Origin: Vicinamibacterales bacterium | GTDB lineage: Bacteria > Acidobacteriota > Vicinamibacteria > Vicinamibacterales > CAVVIG01 | Reading direction: 5' to 3' | Assembly: GCA_040081555.1 (NCBI GenBank) | Contig: JBEBGG010000002.1 | Coordinates: 1,692-65,691, forward strand | DNA: 64,000 bases | Part shown: positions 62,008 through 64,000 of the stretch, piece by piece | Layout: each line of letters opens with the position of its first letter | How positions within the stretch are numbered: the stretch's first letter is position 1 | Made by a program: the position numbers and the translations under genes | Notes under the pieces: model-generated | What the model was told of the DNA's origin: nothing | The model's input: the letters and a program-made list of their open reading frames with translations, nothing else | The model's database searches: none

Positions 62008-62289
62008 GACTGCGGGTACGTCCTGACATTGCTCTCCAGCGCTGTCGGTGATGTTCGCGCGCGAGGCGACGCCGCCAATCCTCGGCTCAACGAGGCGGGG
62101 CGTCGCATAGGCCAGACTGACTTCAGACCGAGCTCCTGCGCGCGGCCCTCCTGGCGGTGGTGCCGGCGCGTCTTGGTAGCCGCAGCCGGGCGTCGGCCGC
62201 TCGAGCGTGGTGCGTCGGTTGGGTGGCCTACTCGCGACGACCTTTGGGATGTCTCGCCAGAGGACCGGACGCTGACGAAGGCGGGAATC

Positions 62290-62379
<90 letters not shown>

Positions 62380-62497
62380 GCGCGCCCTCATTCTACCGGT
62401 GCCACGAAGGAAAGCAGAAGCCCCACTGTGAGCCCGTCTACCCCGTAGCGGTCGCATAGGGTGCGCACACGCACCGCTGGCGGTAGTCTTAACATCC

Positions 62498-63733
62498 ATG
62501 TCGTCCGTTCTTGACCGCTTCCTGCGCTACGTGCGCATCGACACACAGTCTCGCGAAGACAGCGACACCTACCCGAGCACTCCTGGCCAGCTCGATCTGC
62601 TGCGGCGGCTGGTTCGCGAGTTGACCGAGATCGGTGCGGACGATGTGACGATGGATGCGAATGGCTATGTGTTTGCGACCATTCCCGCGACATCGCCGAA
62701 GGTGGCCGTGCCGACGATCGGGTTTGTGGCACATGTGGACACCTCGCCTGAGATGACCGGACGGGACGTAGCGCCCATCGTCCATCGAAACTACCAGGGA
62801 CAGGATCTGGTGTTGCCTGACGATCCGACGGCGGTTATACGCCTCGCCGACAATCCAGCCCTTGCGGAACAATTTGGCAACGACATTGTGACTGCGTCTG
62901 GTAGAACGCTGCTCGGGGCTGACAACAAGGCGGGGGTCGCCGAGATTGTCTCCGCAGCGGCGTACCTCGTGGCGCACCCCGAAATCTTGCATGGGCCAAT
63001 CCGCATCGGTTTTACTCCGGACGAAGAAGTGGGCGCGGGCACCAGGCATTTCGACGTCGCGGCATTCGGCGCGCGCTATGCCTACACGATGGACGGTGAA
63101 ACGCGCGGCGAACTCGAAACCGAAAGCTTCTCCGCAGACGCGATGACCATCGCATTCCAAGGGTTCAACACCCATCCTGGCTACGCCAAAGGCAAGATGG
63201 TCAACGCAATAAAGGTGGCTGCAGACTTCATCAACCGGCTGCCACACAGTGAGCTATCGCCGGAGAATACCGCGGGTTACGACGGCTACGTGCATCCCTA
63301 TGTACTGAATGCGGCGGTCGACCGCACGACCGTGAAGTTGCTGATTCGCGACTTCACGACGAGCGGGCTCACGGGCAAGGCCGAGATGCTGCGTCGTATC
63401 GCGGCGGACACGGTGGGAGCTTGGCCCGGCGCCTCATACGAGGCCACCATCGAGGAGTCCTATCGCAACATGAAAGAGGTCATCGACAAGCACCCGGTCG
63501 TGGCTGATTACGCGCGGGAGGCGATTCGCCGCTGCGGACTGCCGCTTCGCGAGCGACCGATTCGGGGCGGCACGGATGGCTGCCGACTGTCGTTTATGGG
63601 GCTGCCGACGCCGAATATCTTTGCCGGCGAACACAACTTTCACTCCCGGCTTGAGTGGGTGTCTGTCCAGGACATGGAGAAGGCCGTCGAAGTCATCGTC
63701 CAGCTGGCGCGGGTCTGGGAAGAACGGAGCTGA
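62498..63733 (+). CDS. pepT: Peptidase T (tripeptide aminopeptidase, M20B)
   Basis: 'LDRFLRYVRIDTQS', 'GFVAHVDTSPE', 'GADNKAGVAEI' and 'FTPDEEVG' are PepT/M20 metal-ligand motifs. Confidence 0.92.
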   Translation: MSSVLDRFLRYVRIDTQSREDSDTYPSTPGQLDLLRRLVRELTEIGADDVTMDANGYVFATIPATSPKVAVPTIGFVAHVDTSPEMTGRDVAPIVHRNYQGQDLVLPDDPTAVIRLADNPALAEQFGNDIVTASGRTLLGADNKAGVAEIVSAAAYLVAHPEILHGPIRIGFTPDEEVGAGTRHFDVAAFGARYAYTMDGETRGELETESFSADAMTIAFQGFNTHPGYAKGKMVNAIKVAADFINRLPHSELSPENTAGYDGYVHPYVLNAAVDRTTVKLLIRDFTTSGLTGKAEMLRRIAADTVGAWPGASYEATIEESYRNMKEVIDKHPVVADYAREAIRRCGLPLRERPIRGGTDGCRLSFMGLPTPNIFAGEHNFHSRLEWVSVQDMEKAVEVIVQLARVWEERS

Positions 63734-63898
63734 GCGCGCCGCCGCCTTGGAGTAGATAGCGTGAGGGTGCCGCTGTTCAACGGTGGCAGGTCCAACGGTT
63801 CACCGAACGGTGGACGATTGGTATCCGGGAGTCCGGTGTCATTCCCGCGCAGCGCCGTGCACGGCGCCCCGGGGCTCCTGTGTTACCGTGAAATCGAC

Positions 63899-64000
63899 GT
63901 GTCAATCATTCGGCGCTGTCTTCGCGCGATCGCTCCTGCCATCGCTTTCCTGTTGAGTGCCGCCGTCGCCGCGCGCGGCCAGCCCATGACGGGCAGCATC
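63899..64000 (+). CDS. 5' fragment of a secreted or membrane protein (runs off the window)
   Basis: GTG at 63899 gives VSIIRRCLRAIAPAIAFLLSAAVAARGQPMTGS, which looks like a signal peptide. Only 34 codons are visible. Confidence 0.3.
   Translation, partial: MSIIRRCLRAIAPAIAFLLSAAVAARGQPMTGSI

Overview
GC-rich (judged by eye, not computed) chromosomal window from a diderm bacterium, centred on the replication origin. All family assignments come from motif recognition in the supplied translations and my own manual translations. No searches were run.

Layout, left to right:
1. 1-6.6 kb: a Tad/Flp pilus operon on the minus strand (tadB partial, cpaF, cpaE/tadZ, cpaC, cpaB, cpaA, flp). The pilin gene flp is a 57-aa ORF below the ORF-track cutoff; I found it by hand.
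2. 6.7-16.2 kb: the only clearly accessory segment. Two divergent operons encode five large polytopic membrane proteins with GT-C glycosyltransferase hallmarks: two DUF2029/GT87-like, one PMT/ArnT-like, one YfhO-like and one unclassified. They also encode a Tat-signal DUF362 protein and an alpha/alpha-toroid repeat protein. The minus-strand half is collinear with, and directly upstream of, flp-tad.
3. 16-25 kb: DUF192, dusB, a REC-GAF-GGDEF cyclase, an orphan NusG paralog, a SurA-like PPIase and mfd.
4. 25-42 kb: one unbroken minus-strand run, hldC-like / wzt / wzm / atpCDGAH (F1 genes only) / parB / parA / parS / rsmG / mnmG / mnmE / jag / yidC / yidD / rnpA / rpmH.
5. 42-50 kb: DnaA-box cluster, dnaA, an AT-rich unwinding region, dnaN, gyrB, gyrA. 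recF is absent. Gene orientation flips here, as expected at oriC.
6. 50-64 kb: uvrD/pcrA, glmS, glmU, TPR protein, rsmI, DUF885, FmdB zinc ribbon, galU, serS, tRNA-Ser(UGA), pepT and a partial ORF.

I saw no CRISPR array, transposase, integrase or recognisable defence genes. The best candidate for an undescribed system is the GT-C-rich locus joined to flp-tad, possibly a periplasmic polyprenyl-phosphate-sugar dependent glycosylation pathway. Its function is inference only.
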